64,000 bases of DNA, taken from contig NC_083407.1 in NCBI RefSeq assembly GCF_020745735.1, positions 68,067,857-68,131,856 on the forward strand, written 5' to 3'. Below, piece by piece: positions 62,885 through 64,000 of this stretch. Under the pieces are notes generated by a model. It had not been told where the DNA came from. It ran no database searches and saw nothing but the letters and a program-made list of their open reading frames with translations. Source of the DNA: Hemiscyllium ocellatum (lineage: Eukaryota). The position numbers and the translations under genes are program-made. The first letter of the stretch is position 1. Every line of letters begins with the position of its first letter.

Positions 62885-64000
62885 CAATGATGTCTTTTGA
62901 TCAGTTAGCAATGAAATACAAGCTATCTAGCATGGACCTCTTTAATTTTTTTTCGAGTTAGGGATTTTATTCAAAAAAAGTCTACAGTTTTGACTGATCC
63001 CTACAAATCCAAAATAAAGAGGAGGGTTCTCAATGCTAAGAGTACACTTTACACCCTCAGACTGGTTCAATCACTCTGTAGGGTGTGGGAGAGAGAGCTA
63101 GGCATTGAGGTCTCCTCTGAGGCATGGGAAAACATTTGAGAAAGTACAAGAAAGATATCAATTTGCAATAGGACCCATGCTTTACAGTTGAAGATTCTCC
63201 ATGTGGTCCACTTGGCTCTGGACCGTTTGTCAAAATTTAAACCAGGGGTATCTTCAACATGCCCCAAGTGTAGAGTTAGTATGGGCACTCTTATCCATTG
63301 TCTCTGGTCGTGTGGTAGGCTTCAAACATACTGGAGCACTGTGGCAGGTTCAATGGAGGGGATTTTGGGTGTAAGGGTGGAGAAGGACCCAATTTTTCTT
63401 GTTTTTGGCTTACCCAGTGCATTCCCTGTAGATGCGCATAAGAAAAAACATTTCAATATCCTCATTTTCTCCACAAGAAAGAATATTTTGTTAGGTTGGG
63501 TGTCCAAATATCCCCAGGCCTGTCAGGTTGCTGTAAAATTGTTATGGAGCATGTTCTCTTAGAGTTCTTACAAATATGGTACACCACAAAACTGAGAATT
63601 TCTACAAGACATGGTGGCCCTTTTTGGAATACCTGGACACAGATTTACCTACCACACTAATAAGGGCTTTTATATAGCCGTAACAATTGTGTTTTACGAG
63701 TCCAATATCCAGAGAGGGGGATCTGCAAAAGTAGGAATATGTGAAAATTAATGCTCTCGATATTCAAGAGTTAGTGTTTTGTTTTGCTGAGTTGAATTAT
63801 TATTTGTTTATTAGTTTGTTGTTAGTTATTATTTATTTAGTTAAGTAGTTATTTGGTTTTTTAATGTATTTTTATATATGTTTATACACTTGTACGTGAC
63901 GGTGGTTTGGGTTTTTAAATATTTTTTGTTCTTTCTTTGTATTGTTTTGAATTGTATTGTTTTGTATTTATTGTAATATTTAAAAATCTATTTTTCAATA

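Larger units (their letters stand above)
58016..64000 (+). mobile_element. Near full-length decayed L1 LINE
   Basis: G-run plus ccaagatagc 5' end; coiled-coil ORF1 58201-58980; ORF2 from about 59603 to 63680 with LQET, GGDFN, SDHAPV, GPDG, QGCPLSPLLF, YIDD and CPKC..HCLWSC; T-rich 3' UTR ending caata at the window edge. Confidence 0.92.

Noticed and set aside
1-64000. CRISPR array, rRNA or prokaryotic operon/defence system
   Set aside because: No regularly spaced repeat-spacer array, rRNA signature or gene-dense block; the sequence is eukaryotic repeat-rich DNA.

Overview
Repeat-dominated, AT-rich vertebrate DNA. HE1-type SINEs, CR1/HER1-type LINEs and Deu-domain SINEs point to an elasmobranch (shark/ray) intron or intergenic region; the taxon is inferred. 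I found no intact host gene, and nearly all ORFs in the track are decayed retroelement fragments or their antisense shadows. Main contents: (i) many CR1 LINE fragments, an RTE fragment and a near full-length decayed L1 (58016-64000); (ii) several families of Penelope-like elements (PLEs) whose pseudo-LTRs carry minimal hammerhead ribozyme motifs, including nine 96 bp-3 kb insertions flanked by 10-15 bp target-site duplications (TSDs), most of them fold-back (palindromic); (iii) a ~640 bp inverted duplication of flanking DNA around a nested PLE-in-PLE; (iv) three LTR retrotransposon lineages: a very old two-LTR GalEa-like Copia (23317-28200, minus), a decayed Gypsy (~47160-53237) and a Gmr1-type Gypsy with integrase upstream of RT (53827-58012), plus solo LTRs. 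All alignments and boundaries were done by eye, and boundaries of old elements are approximate.
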